Source of the DNA: an uncultured candidate division Zixibacteria bacterium
GTDB lineage: Bacteria; Zixibacteria; MSB-5A5; UBA10806
Reading direction: 5' to 3'
Assembly (NCBI GenBank): GCA_963801605.1
Contig: CAWDFP010000006.1
Location: forward strand, 1,696,001 to 1,760,000
Length of the DNA: 64,000 nt
Program-made: the position numbers and the translations under genes
Notes under the pieces: generated by a model
Databases searched by the model: none
What the model was told of the DNA's origin: nothing
The model's input: the letters and a program-made list of their open reading frames with translations, nothing else
Part shown: positions 41,112-55,650 of the stretch, piece by piece
How positions within the stretch are numbered: position 1 is the first letter of the stretch
How the letters are laid out: the number at the start of each line of letters is the position of its first letter

Positions 41112-42396
41112 ATGAAGATACTTGTGATAGGTAAGGGTGGACGTGAACATGCGATGGTATGGAAACTGGCGCAATCGCGAGGGGTGGAAAAGATATACTG
41201 CGCCCCCGGTAATGCCGGAATTGCGCAAATTGCCGAGACGGTTCCGATTCCACTCGATAACCTTTCGGCTCTGGCGGATTTCGCCGCTGATAAAAAAATC
41301 GATCTGACAGTCGTAGGACCAGAACTACCCCTGACGCTTGGGATAGTCGATGTATTCGAAGAAAAGGGTCTGAGAATATTCGGCCCAGATAAGGCTGCTG
41401 CGGAAATCGAAGGTTCCAAGGCTTTTGCCAAAGACTTCATGCAGCGTTATCATATCCCCACGGGCAGTTTCCGGATTTTCTCCAATCATGGAGATGCGCT
41501 CGATTTCGTTTCATCGGCCAGTTATCCGCTGGTGATCAAAGCTGACGGTCTGGCAGCCGGCAAAGGAACGATTATTGTTAGTTCTCCAGGCGAGGCCAAA
41601 ACGGCGGTTGAAAATATAATGGTAGAGAAGGTTTTTGGCGAGGCGGGGGAGAGACTGGTAGTTGAGGAATTTCTTAGAAGGCGAAGAGGTCACGGTCATG
41701 GCCCTCACCGACGGCGAGCGGGTTATTCCGATGGTATCGGCGCAAGATCACAAAAGGATTTTCGATGGCGACAAGGGTCCCAATACGGGCGGCATGGGAG
41801 CCTATGCGCCCACCCATGTAATCTCCGATAAAATGATGAAACGGATTGTCGAGGAGATTCTGGAGCCGACGGTACAGGGCTTAGCCGATATGGGGCGGCT
41901 TTATAAAGGAGTTCTTTATACCGGTTTGATAGTAACCGATCGCGGGCCGAAAGTGCTGGAATATAATTGCCGATTTGGCGACCCTGAAACGCAAGCGGTA
42001 TTGCCCCTTCTCGAAAGCGATCTTGTTGAAATATTCCTGGATATCGCAGATGGTTATCTCAATATCGACGAGATTAAATGGAAAGATCAATCTTGTGTTT
42101 GTGTCGTGCTGGCGTCGCGCGGCTATCCTGAATCGAACGAAAAAGGCGTAGCGATCGACGGGCTCGACAAAGCGAACAACAAGGATTCGTTTGTGTTTCA
42201 TGCCGGGACGATTCGACAAGATGATAAGATTATCACCAACGGCGGCCGGGTTCTGGGCGTAACCGCTATCGATCACACCCTCAAAGGCGCGATCAGCAAA
42301 GCTTATGACACTATTCAAACCATTAGTTTCGATGGAATGCAATACAGGCGCGATATCGGAATGAGGGCCGTTAAGGTAGATTCGAGTTATTTCTAA
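41112..42396 (+). CDS. purD: Phosphoribosylamine--glycine ligase, one +1 indel at ~41673
   Basis: GGREHA, APGNAG, VGPE.PL, KADGLAAGKG, EEFL/EGEE junction, GPNTGGMGAY, EYNCRFGDPE and TNGGRVL. Confidence 0.95.
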
Positions 42397-42860
42397 TGAA
42401 TGAAGAAAGAGTATTAATAGTCCTGGGAAGCAAATCCGATCTGGAAGCGGTAGCCGGATGCGGAAAGCTTCTTGAAAAGTTTGGCGTTAAATACCGTCAG
42501 GAAATTAGTTCGGCACACCGCCGTCCCACGGAGACAATTGAGCTTGTCAGGAACGCGGAATCGAATGGCGCCAAAGTAATAATCGCCGCGGCGGGAATGG
42601 CTGCCCATTTGCCGGGATTTATAGCCTCGCAAACCATTCTTCCGGTTATCGGGGTGCCATTGCCGGGATCGGCACTAAACGGGTTTGACGCCCTCTTATC
42701 TATTGTTCAAATGCCGGTTGGGGTACCGGTAGCGACGATGTCAATTGGCACTCACGGAGCTCAAAACGCCGCTTTGCTGGCAGTCGAGATACTGGCGTTA
42801 AGCGATGGTGATTTACGGGAGAAGCTCGAAGCCTATCGCAGAGAGCTTGGGAGGCCGTAG
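42396..42860 (+). CDS. purE: N5-CAIR mutase
   Basis: GSKSD, SAHR.P, AGMAAHLPG, PVIGVP and SIVQMP.GVPVAT. Confidence 0.96.
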   Translation: MNEERVLIVLGSKSDLEAVAGCGKLLEKFGVKYRQEISSAHRRPTETIELVRNAESNGAKVIIAAAGMAAHLPGFIASQTILPVIGVPLPGSALNGFDALLSIVQMPVGVPVATMSIGTHGAQNAALLAVEILALSDGDLREKLEAYRRELGRP

Positions 42861-42863
42861 TAT

Positions 42864-43425
42864 ATGCTGTTGATTTTCTTACTTATTCCAATTGCTATCC
42901 TGGCGATTGCCGTCATTTATTTTGTATCGATTTATAACAATCTGGTATCATTCAAGAATGCGGCAGTGGCGGCCTGGCATCAGATCGATGTTCAGCTTAC
43001 TCGCCGAGCCGATTTGGTTGGCAACCTGGTTGAGACGGTCAAGGGCTATGCCTCGCACGAAAAGACCGTTTTCGAGGATGTTGCCACCGCAAGGTCGTCG
43101 GTGATGCAAAGTCGCGGAGCCCGCCAGGCAGGAGAAGCTTCGGCCTCACTTGATTCGGCTTTATCTCGTTTGTTTGCGGTAGCCGAAAGTTATCCGGACC
43201 TAAAGGCCAGCGCTAATTTTATGTCCTTACAAGCACAGTTGACAGAACTTGAAAATACAATAGCCGCCGCTCGGCAGTTCTATAACGATAATGTTCGCCG
43301 CTATAACGTCGCTGTTCAACAATTTCCGGCCACACTATTTGCATCGTCATTTCGGATTTATATCCATGGACTATTTCGAAGCTGCGCCGGCCGGCACCGA
43401 ACCACCGAAAGTAAACTTTTCATAG
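42864..43425 (+). CDS. lemA: LemA family protein, one +1 indel at ~43350
   Basis: YN.LV, W..IDVQL.RR.DL..NLVETVKGYA.HE, AESYPDLKAS.NF and ARQFYN. The corrected C-terminus FGFISMDYFEA...PPKVNFS ends at 43425. Confidence 0.88.
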
Positions 43426-43427
43426 AA

Positions 43428-44307
43428 GTGGCATTCCCAGGCCAAAAACTCGAGACTCCTGAAGCCTCCACGAAGCTATCTATAGTCGCCAATTTCTTGC
43501 TTCTGGTGCTTAAGTTTATTGGTGGATTTATAGGCGGCAGCAAAGCCCTGATCGCCGATTTTATTAATTCTCTTCTCGATTTGATAGCCAATTTTGCGGT
43601 GCTTATTGGAATCAGGGTCGCTCAACGGCCCGCCGATGCCGAACATCAATATGGACACGGCAATGCCGATGTTATCGCGGCATTTTTGGTGGCGGTAATA
43701 ATCCTGATGACAGGCGTCTATATAGGTTATGATTCGGCTAATACGGTATTCGAGAAAAAATATCACACCCCGAATTTATTTGCGACAGCCGTGGCGCTTT
43801 TTACTATATTTGCCAAAACAATTTTGTATCGTTACACCAAAAGGGTTGGCTTGAAAAGCAAAAGCGCTGCAGTGCTCGCCAACGCCCAGGATCATAAATC
43901 CGATGTTTACGCATCGGTGAGGGGCGCTATTGGGAATTATTATCGCTCAACTGGGATATCCTATCTGGGATCCAATTGGCGGCATTTGGGTATCATTTTT
44001 TATCATACGAAATTCAGTCAACCTCATCAGAGGCAATATTCATACGCTCATGAGCGGAGCGCCGGACAAGAAAACCATCGAGCAAGTTCAACAGGCGGCC
44101 GGTCAGATATCGGGAGTTGAAGGAGTAAAGTCGGTGCGCATGCGTACTCTGGGGTCCAAACAGATCGTAGATATCGAAATTCTGGTCGATAAAAATTTAA
44201 GCGTTGAGCAAGGCCATGAGATCGCCCAAAAGGTACAGGACAAATTAATCTCGCATTATGAAGATATTATTGAAGTCATGGTTCATGTCGAACCCAAACA
44301 GGATTAG
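43428..44307 (+). CDS. Cation diffusion facilitator (FieF-like), one +1 indel at ~43920
   Basis: S.ALIAD, PAD.EH.YGHG, A.A.DHKSD, WDPIG and a C-terminal dimerisation domain ending in VMVHVEP. Confidence 0.88.
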
Positions 44308-44312
44308 AAACT

Positions 44313-45560
44313 ATGAATATCGCATTTTTTGAAGATCCCAAATATGTCAATTTCGAACCTATTTCCCTTTCACATCCGGTTTATATGCTTCTCTATGGGA
44401 CATCGAAAATATATGAGAAGTGGGTCAAAGCATTAAAACCGAAAAAGTATACTTTTCTGGCACGTCCGTATTTGGGGGAAGTTCTTGAGGCCGAAACGGG
44501 AATAAGACACAACGTTATCCCCGAAGGCGATATTCTTTTTATCAATGGCCGTTTTATTCCATCGGCCGAGTCAGTGGCTATTCTTCGAAAGCTTAACTTT
44601 GGAGAATCGGCCATAGTCGATAATGAGCTTTTAGCCTTTCGACTCGCTAAGGGGGAACAACCGACATTCGAAAAGCATCTTTTAACAATGTACGAGAATG
44701 AATCTTACGACAAAGTCAGGCGGCCGCTCAAAATTAGAAGAACCAAAACGAGCGTTATCAACCACCTCTGGGAAATGATCGATGGCAACGGCGAGATGAT
44801 TACTGCGGAATTTCCGGAGATTAAGCGCAAATTAAAAAGCCAAGGCAAGATCGATGCGAAAGCCTCGATAATCAATAAAGGCTCGGTGGTAATATTTCCG
44901 GGAGCCAAAATCAGCCCACAGGTGACTATTGACGCATCCGATGGCCCGGTTATAATCAGCGGCGGCGTGGTAATTGAACCATTGACTTATATTAAGGGAC
45001 CGTGTTATATCGGGCCTGATTGCCGTGTGGTGGGAGGAAAAATTCGCGAGGGGTGTTCGTTTGGGCCGGTTTGTAGGATCGGGGGAGAGGTCGAGGAATC
45101 GATAATGCTCGGCTACGACAACAAGTACCATGAGGGCTTTTTGGGGCACGCCTATCTGGGGGAATGGGTTAATCTGGGAGCGATGACTACGAATTCGGAT
45201 TTGAAAAACAATTACACCGATATTTCCGTAATGGTGAATAATGAACAAGTCAACACCGGGCGGATCAAAGTCGGCTGCTTTATAGGAGACCATACCAAAA
45301 CCGGTATTGGCACTTTGCTGAATACCGGAATATCGATCGGCTTTTCATGTAATCTTTATGGAGGCGGATTATTTACTGAGAAAGTAATAAAATCTTTTTC
45401 ATGGGGCACGCCCGGAAATTTGGTAGAATATAGACTCGATAAGGCTCTTCAAACCGCCTGTAGCTCCATGAAGCGACGTCAGGTGCAATTAAAACCGGCG
45501 CATGAAAAGCTATTTGGTCAAATATATAAGGATTCCGGCCGATCAGCCGCGGAAGGATAA
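44313..45560 (+). CDS. GlmU-like sugar nucleotidyltransferase/acyltransferase with left-handed beta-helix (FCB-type)
   Basis: 'DASDGPVII', 'GPCYIG', 'CRIGGEVEES', 'NKYHEGFLGHAYLGEWVNLGA.TTNSDLKNNY' and 'GDHTKTGIG'. Confidence 0.8.
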   Translation: MNIAFFEDPKYVNFEPISLSHPVYMLLYGTSKIYEKWVKALKPKKYTFLARPYLGEVLEAETGIRHNVIPEGDILFINGRFIPSAESVAILRKLNFGESAIVDNELLAFRLAKGEQPTFEKHLLTMYENESYDKVRRPLKIRRTKTSVINHLWEMIDGNGEMITAEFPEIKRKLKSQGKIDAKASIINKGSVVIFPGAKISPQVTIDASDGPVIISGGVVIEPLTYIKGPCYIGPDCRVVGGKIREGCSFGPVCRIGGEVEESIMLGYDNKYHEGFLGHAYLGEWVNLGAMTTNSDLKNNYTDISVMVNNEQVNTGRIKVGCFIGDHTKTGIGTLLNTGISIGFSCNLYGGGLFTEKVIKSFSWGTPGNLVEYRLDKALQTACSSMKRRQVQLKPAHEKLFGQIYKDSGRSAAEG

Positions 45561-45707
45561 TTTAAATAATCTATTTCGTGGCCTTGACCGGTAAAAGCAT
45601 ATTAAAATGAAACTAATAACGATCCAGGTATAGTTAAAAATGGTGCGAAATGGACGATAAATTAAAAGGGAGCGGTTTATCAGTGTCTTTGTATATTTGG
45701 AGGATCG

Positions 45708-46721
45708 ATGCCTGAACTTCGTAAAGACCCTATTATGGGACGATGGGTAATCATTTCGACTGAACGCGGCAAGCGGCCGTCAGATTTCCCCATGGAATCT
45801 CGGAGACGCGAGCCCAAGCTTTGCCCATTTTGTCCCACAAACGAATCGTCCACACCGCCAGAGATTATGGCATTCAGGGAAAATGGTTCCAAGCCCAATA
45901 CACCGGGTTGGAGCCTGCGAGTGATTCCCAATAAATTTCCGGCGTTGCGGATTGAGGGAGATCTCAATCGCGAGGGAGTCGGCATTTTCGATAAGATGAA
46001 TGGAATCGGCGCCCATGAGGTGATAGTGGAGACTCCCGATCATACCAAGGATTTGGTGGATCTGGAACTAAAAGAGATAGAGAATGTAATCTGGGCGTAT
46101 CGCGACAGAATTAATGATCTCAAGCGCGATCCGCGTTTCAGGCATATCATGATTTTCAAAAATCAGGGCGAAGCGGCAGGCGCATCACTGGAGCATTCGC
46201 ATAGCCAGTTAATAGCCACTCCTATTGTGCCCATCAGGATTTTATCCGAAATGGAGGGCGCCAAGAAATACTACGATTACAAAGAACGCTGCATTTTCTG
46301 CGATATAATCCGGCAGGAGCTTAATGACGGCACCCGGATTATCGTCGAAAACGATAAATTTGTGGCGCTGTCTCCATTCGCCGCCAGATTTCCGTTTGAA
46401 ACCTGGATCATGCCTAAAAGACATAATCCCGCTTTCGAAAATATGAAAACCGAAAATGTGCCATTTTTCGCCGAAATATTGAAGGATATGCTTAGCAGAT
46501 TATCGATGGCTCTAAATAATCCCGCTTATAATTTCGTAGTGCATTCCTCGCCGGTTGAAATCCACAATAAAGATGAGTATCATTGGCATCTGGAGATCAT
46601 GCCCAAACTGACCAAGGTCGCGGGCTTTGAATGGGGCACCGGTTTCTATATCAATCCTACCACGCCAGAGGATGCCGCCCTCTACTTACGAGAGATAAAA
46701 AAGCCACAACCAGTGGCATAG
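45708..46721 (+). CDS. galT: GalT-family nucleotidyltransferase
   Basis: ELRKDP...RW, CPFC, NKFPAL, GAHEV, GASLEHSHSQ (HxHxQ), HWH and AGFEWGTG. Confidence 0.9.
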   Translation: MPELRKDPIMGRWVIISTERGKRPSDFPMESRRREPKLCPFCPTNESSTPPEIMAFRENGSKPNTPGWSLRVIPNKFPALRIEGDLNREGVGIFDKMNGIGAHEVIVETPDHTKDLVDLELKEIENVIWAYRDRINDLKRDPRFRHIMIFKNQGEAAGASLEHSHSQLIATPIVPIRILSEMEGAKKYYDYKERCIFCDIIRQELNDGTRIIVENDKFVALSPFAARFPFETWIMPKRHNPAFENMKTENVPFFAEILKDMLSRLSMALNNPAYNFVVHSSPVEIHNKDEYHWHLEIMPKLTKVAGFEWGTGFYINPTTPEDAALYLREIKKPQPVA

Positions 46722-46742
46722 ATTAATTTTTACGGAGGTTTA

Positions 46743-48236
46743 ATGCAGGTTTTGAAGATATTATTAGTATCCCCCGAGGCTGTTCCTTATGCCAAAACAG
46801 GAGGTTTGGCCGATGTTGCCGGGGCGCTTCCCAAAGCGCTGAGGGCTATGGGGCATGATGTTAAACTTGTGATGCCGCTTTTTCAGCAGATAAACAGAAC
46901 TAATTACCAGTTAAAGAAAATAAGTTCGGAATCACTAAAAGCGGAAATTAACGGCAAGAGCGAAAATTTCGATTTGTACGAGGATGGCAGAGCAACACGA
47001 GATTTCGATGCCTGGTTTATCGATCACCCCGGATATTTTGACCGTCCTGAGCTCTACCGCGATCCTGCCACTGGTAAGGATTGGGCTGATAACGATGAGC
47101 GTTTTGCATTTTTCGCTCGTGCGGTATTGGAATCTGCGCGCCAAAGAGGTTTCATTCCTGATGTTATTCATCTCAACGATTGGCAGACCGGATTGATACC
47201 GGCCTTTATTAAGGTCGATTCGAAATATAAGGATTTTGCCGGCGTAGCTACTTTGCTTTCAATACATAATATTGCCTACCAGGGAAATTTCCCCCACGAA
47301 TCGTTTGCAAAACTCGGATTGGATATGAGCCTTTTTGCGCCGGGTCAGGGATTCGAATTTTGGAATTATGTGAGCTATTTGAAAACGGGCGTTTGGTATT
47401 CGGATTTGCTCAATACCGTTTCTCCGACTTATGCCAAGGAAATTCAATTATCGGAAGAGTACGGTTTTGGATTTGAAGGGATTTTGCGCAACCGCACAAA
47501 CGATCTTTTCGGGGTTCTCAATGGTATCGATGATGATGTTTGGAATCCGTCAAATGATGAGTTAATTCCCGCCAAATTCACTCCCGATAAACCGGACGCC
47601 AAAACCAAGTGCAAGGCCGCTCTTCGCAAACAAACCAAGCTGCCGGCAGTCCGTCGCGACGTTCCAATTATAGGTATCATCTCGCGATTGGCGGATCAAA
47701 AAGGATTCGATCTTATTGCCGAGGTAGCCGATGAGATAATGGGGCTGGATATGCAAATGGTCGTACTTGGCACCGGCGACCAGAAGTATCATGATCTCTT
47801 CGCCGCCCTGCAGACGAAATATCCCAAGAAGCTTGCGGTGACATTAGGATTCAACAATGAGCTGGCACATCTGATTGAAGCAGGAAGCGATATGTTCCTG
47901 ATGCCATCGCGATACGAACCCTGCGGATTGAACCAGATGTACAGCCTTAAATATGGCACAATCCCGATTGTCAGGGAAACTGGCGGTCTGGCGGATACGA
48001 TAGATAACGCCAATCCTGCTCGCGGCACCGGCAATGGTTTTACATTCAGAAAATACGATTCGCGCGAAATGCTGAATGCCATTAAATTCGCAATCGAGGT
48101 TTATCGCGATAAAAATGTCTGGGAAGTTATGATGCTGCGGGGGATGCGTCAGGATTTCTCCTGGAAAGCGTCGGCTGAAAAGTATGTTGAATTATATCTC
48201 AAGGCGATGGAAAAAAAGCAGCCGGTTTTGGCATAG
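46743..48236 (+). CDS. glgA: Glycogen synthase
   Basis: E..PYAKTGGLADV, DN.ERF, HLNDWQTG, HNIAYQG, SRL.DQKG and PSRYEPCGLNQM. Confidence 0.96.
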   Translation: MQVLKILLVSPEAVPYAKTGGLADVAGALPKALRAMGHDVKLVMPLFQQINRTNYQLKKISSESLKAEINGKSENFDLYEDGRATRDFDAWFIDHPGYFDRPELYRDPATGKDWADNDERFAFFARAVLESARQRGFIPDVIHLNDWQTGLIPAFIKVDSKYKDFAGVATLLSIHNIAYQGNFPHESFAKLGLDMSLFAPGQGFEFWNYVSYLKTGVWYSDLLNTVSPTYAKEIQLSEEYGFGFEGILRNRTNDLFGVLNGIDDDVWNPSNDELIPAKFTPDKPDAKTKCKAALRKQTKLPAVRRDVPIIGIISRLADQKGFDLIAEVADEIMGLDMQMVVLGTGDQKYHDLFAALQTKYPKKLAVTLGFNNELAHLIEAGSDMFLMPSRYEPCGLNQMYSLKYGTIPIVRETGGLADTIDNANPARGTGNGFTFRKYDSREMLNAIKFAIEVYRDKNVWEVMMLRGMRQDFSWKASAEKYVELYLKAMEKKQPVLA

Positions 48237-48264
48237 TATCATATTAGGATTGTTTATAAGGTTT

Positions 48265-48299
48265 TGGCGTTAGCTTGAAATAGCTGGCGCCATTTTCTT
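48265..48299 (+). terminator. Intrinsic terminator after glgA
   Basis: TGGCGTTAGCT-tgaaat-AGCTGGCGCCA followed by TTTTCTT. Confidence 0.75.
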
Positions 48300-48764
48300 A
48301 GGAGGTCGAAATCAAACCACCCCCGGGCTTATTTTTCCCGGGGGCGAATTTTGGAAACAAGTGAGCGTTATTGGCGGTTTAAGAGCGTGGTGGGGATACT
48401 GCTATATATAGGTATGAACAAATCCCTATATGAAGCGAGATCATTGGCATAATCAGATATCCACTATTAAATTTATCTTTTGTTTTATGAGCAATATCAT
48501 TGCGCTTTGAAATCGAATTGTCTTAAATACTGAGGATTGAAATTAAATAGGCGATGATAGATTCGAATGATAACGATTATTATCATCGTGATTATAGAGG
48601 GAGACTAACCGGCGGCAGGTCGTTTCGCTCACCGAAAAAGAGGGCATGAGTAGATCAAAATGAAATTCTGGAACTTGCGGTCGATATAGGTGGTAATAAC
48701 ATTGGGAGATAGAAAGCCGATAATTTAGAATAGAAAATATTTATAAAAATATTTCTAAAAAGGC

Positions 48765-48912
48765 TTGACAGGCGAGAACGAGATATATACATTGGGCACT
48801 TGCCGAAGACGAAATATCGGCATAAGCCGAAAAAAGGGCGAAGGACTTGAAAAAAAGTTTTTTTGAAAAAAGTAAATTTTTGACTTGACTTGGCTAAAAA
48901 ATATCGTATTTT
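48765..48912 (+). promoter_or_regulatory. Tandem rRNA promoters P1/P2
   Basis: TTGACA-17-TACATT (48765-48793) and TTGACT-16-TATTTT (48885-48912), each with an upstream A/T tract. A boxA-like GCTCTTTGAGAAC lies at ~48977. Confidence 0.75.
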
Positions 48913-49123
48913 GGCAGTCTGTCGGCGAATTTTGAGGCAGACTTTTTTTCGCCCGAAAAGCCGAGTAAAACAAAAAGCTCTTTGAGAACTGAATAGCACA
49001 CATAAGACGGACCCGTCGATTTAATATGATCCGGCGCAAGCTGGATTGAATTTAGATTCGACGAACAATCGCGAAGTTTTTGCTAAAATTTTAGCTTTAA
49101 CCAGCGTTTTAGTTCTAAAGCTC

Positions 49124-50684
<1,561 letters not shown>

Positions 50685-50876
50685 AAGGTGAATGGTGTGA
50701 TGTCTTGTCTTTACGATGAGACTCATATCTACCCAATTTGGGTAGGTCGGTAAATTGATGGCAAGTTCTTATGCGTGCTATTCGATTCTCGAAGAGAGAC
50801 GAAGCTCTTTTAGAATATGAAAGATTTCCGGGCAAAAGCCCAGCGACTGGGAATCAGAGGCCCGATAGCAAATTGA

Positions 50877-50953
50877 GGGCCTTTAGCTCAGTTGGTTAGA
50901 GCGCGTCCCTGATAAGGACGAGGTCGGTGGTTCGACTCCACTAAGGCCCACCA
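50877..50953 (+). tRNA. tRNA-Ile(GAT)
   Basis: GGGCCTT/AAGGCCC acceptor stem, anticodon loop CTGATAA, GGTTCGA and encoded CCA. Confidence 0.97.
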
Positions 50954-50961
50954 GGATTCAA

Positions 50962-51034
50962 GGGGACGTAGCTCAGTTGGGAGAGCGATAGCTTTGCAAG
51001 CTATAGGTCGCCGGTTCGATCCCGGTCGTCTCCA
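50962..51034 (+). tRNA. tRNA-Ala(TGC)
   Basis: GGGGACG/CGTCTCC acceptor stem with G3:U70 and anticodon loop TTTGCAA. CCA is not encoded. Confidence 0.97.
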
Positions 51035-51171
51035 TGTTTTGAGCGCTCAGTTTCGTACACAAGTACGTTAAAATAAAGCTTATGTTCGGCTGCTGCCGAA
51101 CTCCAGAGATCTTTGACAACTAAATAGAATGTTGTGTTTTTTCGAGTAAAAAGGTTTCGCCGAGAGTTTTT

Positions 51172-54563
<3,392 letters not shown>

Positions 54564-54751
54564 TAAAATTCTTGACGAAACCTTAAATTCCCCTCGGAAT
54601 GCACAACATTCTATTTAGTTGTCGGGATCTTTATGATCTTTGATAAATAAATCCTGTAAAGCTGCTTGAGGTTACTAGTGCCTCACCTGCGACAAGTAAG
54701 AGCAGGCTGGTTTCCTTTCGACGGGAAACCTGACAGCAACAGGAAAAATTT

Positions 54752-54869
54752 TTCCGGTAGCGATAGCGCAGGGGAAACACCCGTTCCCATTCCGAACACG
54801 GCAGTTAAGCCCTGTAGCGCCGATGGTACTGCCTCTTTACGGGGGTGGGAGAGTAGGACGCCGCCGGGA
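54752..54869 (+). rRNA. rrf: 5S rRNA
   Basis: CCCATTCCGAACACGGCAGTTAAG, GATGGTACT, GGGAGAGTAGGAC and paired ends. Confidence 0.98.
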
Positions 54870-54878
54870 GTTTATTGG

Positions 54879-54914
54879 AAGCCCTCTTTCAGAAATGAAG
54901 AGGGCTTTTTGTTT
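54879..54914 (+). terminator. rRNA operon terminator
   Basis: AAGCCCTCTT-tcagaaatg-AAGAGGGCTT followed by TTTGTTT. Confidence 0.9.
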
Positions 54915-54940
54915 GACATTAATATGGTTGGTAATATAAT
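54913..54940 (+). promoter_or_regulatory. Sigma70-type promoter of the MNT-HEPN pair
   Basis: TTGACA-16-TATAAT overlapping the tail of the rRNA terminator. Confidence 0.7.
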
Positions 54941-54957
54941 ATTAATATGAGGTTAGA

Positions 54958-55210
54958 ATGATACCGTTAATAAAAGATAACAAGAATTCATTGATAGATC
55001 TTTGCCATAAATATTCGGTTAAACGGCTGTATGTGTTTGGCTCAGCGGCAAATGACAGCTTTGACCGTACCCAAAGCGATATAGATTTTATTGTTGAATT
55101 TGAGGAATCGCCTCCCGGAGAACACGCATTCCGTTATTTTGGGCTACTTTCTGCCTTGCAGGATCTTTTTTTCCCGTAAGATATTATCAAAGGTGCCGAT
55201 TTATGGATGA
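54958..55210 (+). pseudogene. Minimal nucleotidyltransferase (MntA-like antitoxin), frameshifted and apparently internally deleted
   Basis: LC.KY.V.RLYVFGS...F....SDIDF.VEF motif. Stops at 55179 as read. Removing one T from the T-run gives ...LQDLFSRKILSKVPIYG*, overlapping the HEPN start but lacking the usual 'VDLV...I.NP' segment. Confidence 0.7.
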
Positions 55211-55544
55211 TCGTACGAGGAAACATCTTTTTGATATAGTTGAGTCTTGTAAGCTTATTGAAAAATTTATAAGTAATAGGACGCTTAAAGATTATCAAAG
55301 CGATTCCATGCTGCGTTCCGCCGTAGAACGACAATTCCAGATAATAGGCGAAGCGCTCCAGCGGCTGATTCGAGAAAATCCCCAAAGTGCAAAATCGATC
55401 AGCGACCATCGCACTATTATCAATTTCAGAAATATTCTCGTTCATGGATACGACATGGTTGATAATGAAGTTGTATGGGGCGTAATTGAACGCGAATTGG
55501 CATTGCTCCATAGGGAAGCCGAGTCGTTATTACAGGGCAGTTAA
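55203..55544 (+). CDS. HepT-like (DUF86) HEPN ribonuclease toxin
   Basis: L.DI, AVERQFQIIGEA, intact RNILVHGY (Rx4HxY) and VD.EVVW. Confidence 0.92.
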   Translation: MDDRTRKHLFDIVESCKLIEKFISNRTLKDYQSDSMLRSAVERQFQIIGEALQRLIRENPQSAKSISDHRTIINFRNILVHGYDMVDNEVVWGVIERELALLHREAESLLQGS

Positions 55545-55645
55545 GCCCTGTAGCGCCGTGGTACTGTCGGGTTTCTCCGATCCGGGCCTCTTTACGGGGG
55601 TGGGAGAGGCCATTTGGCTCGAAACGATAGGACGCCGCCGGGAGT
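55536..55645 (+). repeat. Partial copy of the 3' ~60% of the 5S rRNA with two insertions
   Basis: GGCAGTTAAGCCCTGTAGCGCCG(-)TGGTACTG [20-nt insert] CCTCTTTACGGGGGTGGGAGAG [19-nt insert] TAGGACGCCGCCGGGAGT matches 54800-54871. Confidence 0.93.
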
Positions 55646-55650
55646 ATATG

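Noticed and set aside
41112..42396. Programmed frameshifting or true pseudogenes in purD, BMC-H, CDF and GT4
   Set aside because: There is no slippery heptamer or stimulatory structure and the genes are otherwise intact. The pattern fits consensus indel errors.
42864..44120. Apparent novel LemA-CDF transporter fusion (418-aa ORF)
   Set aside because: Removing one T at ~43350 restores a normal LemA C-terminus and stop at 43425. The CDF gene starts separately at GTG 43428.
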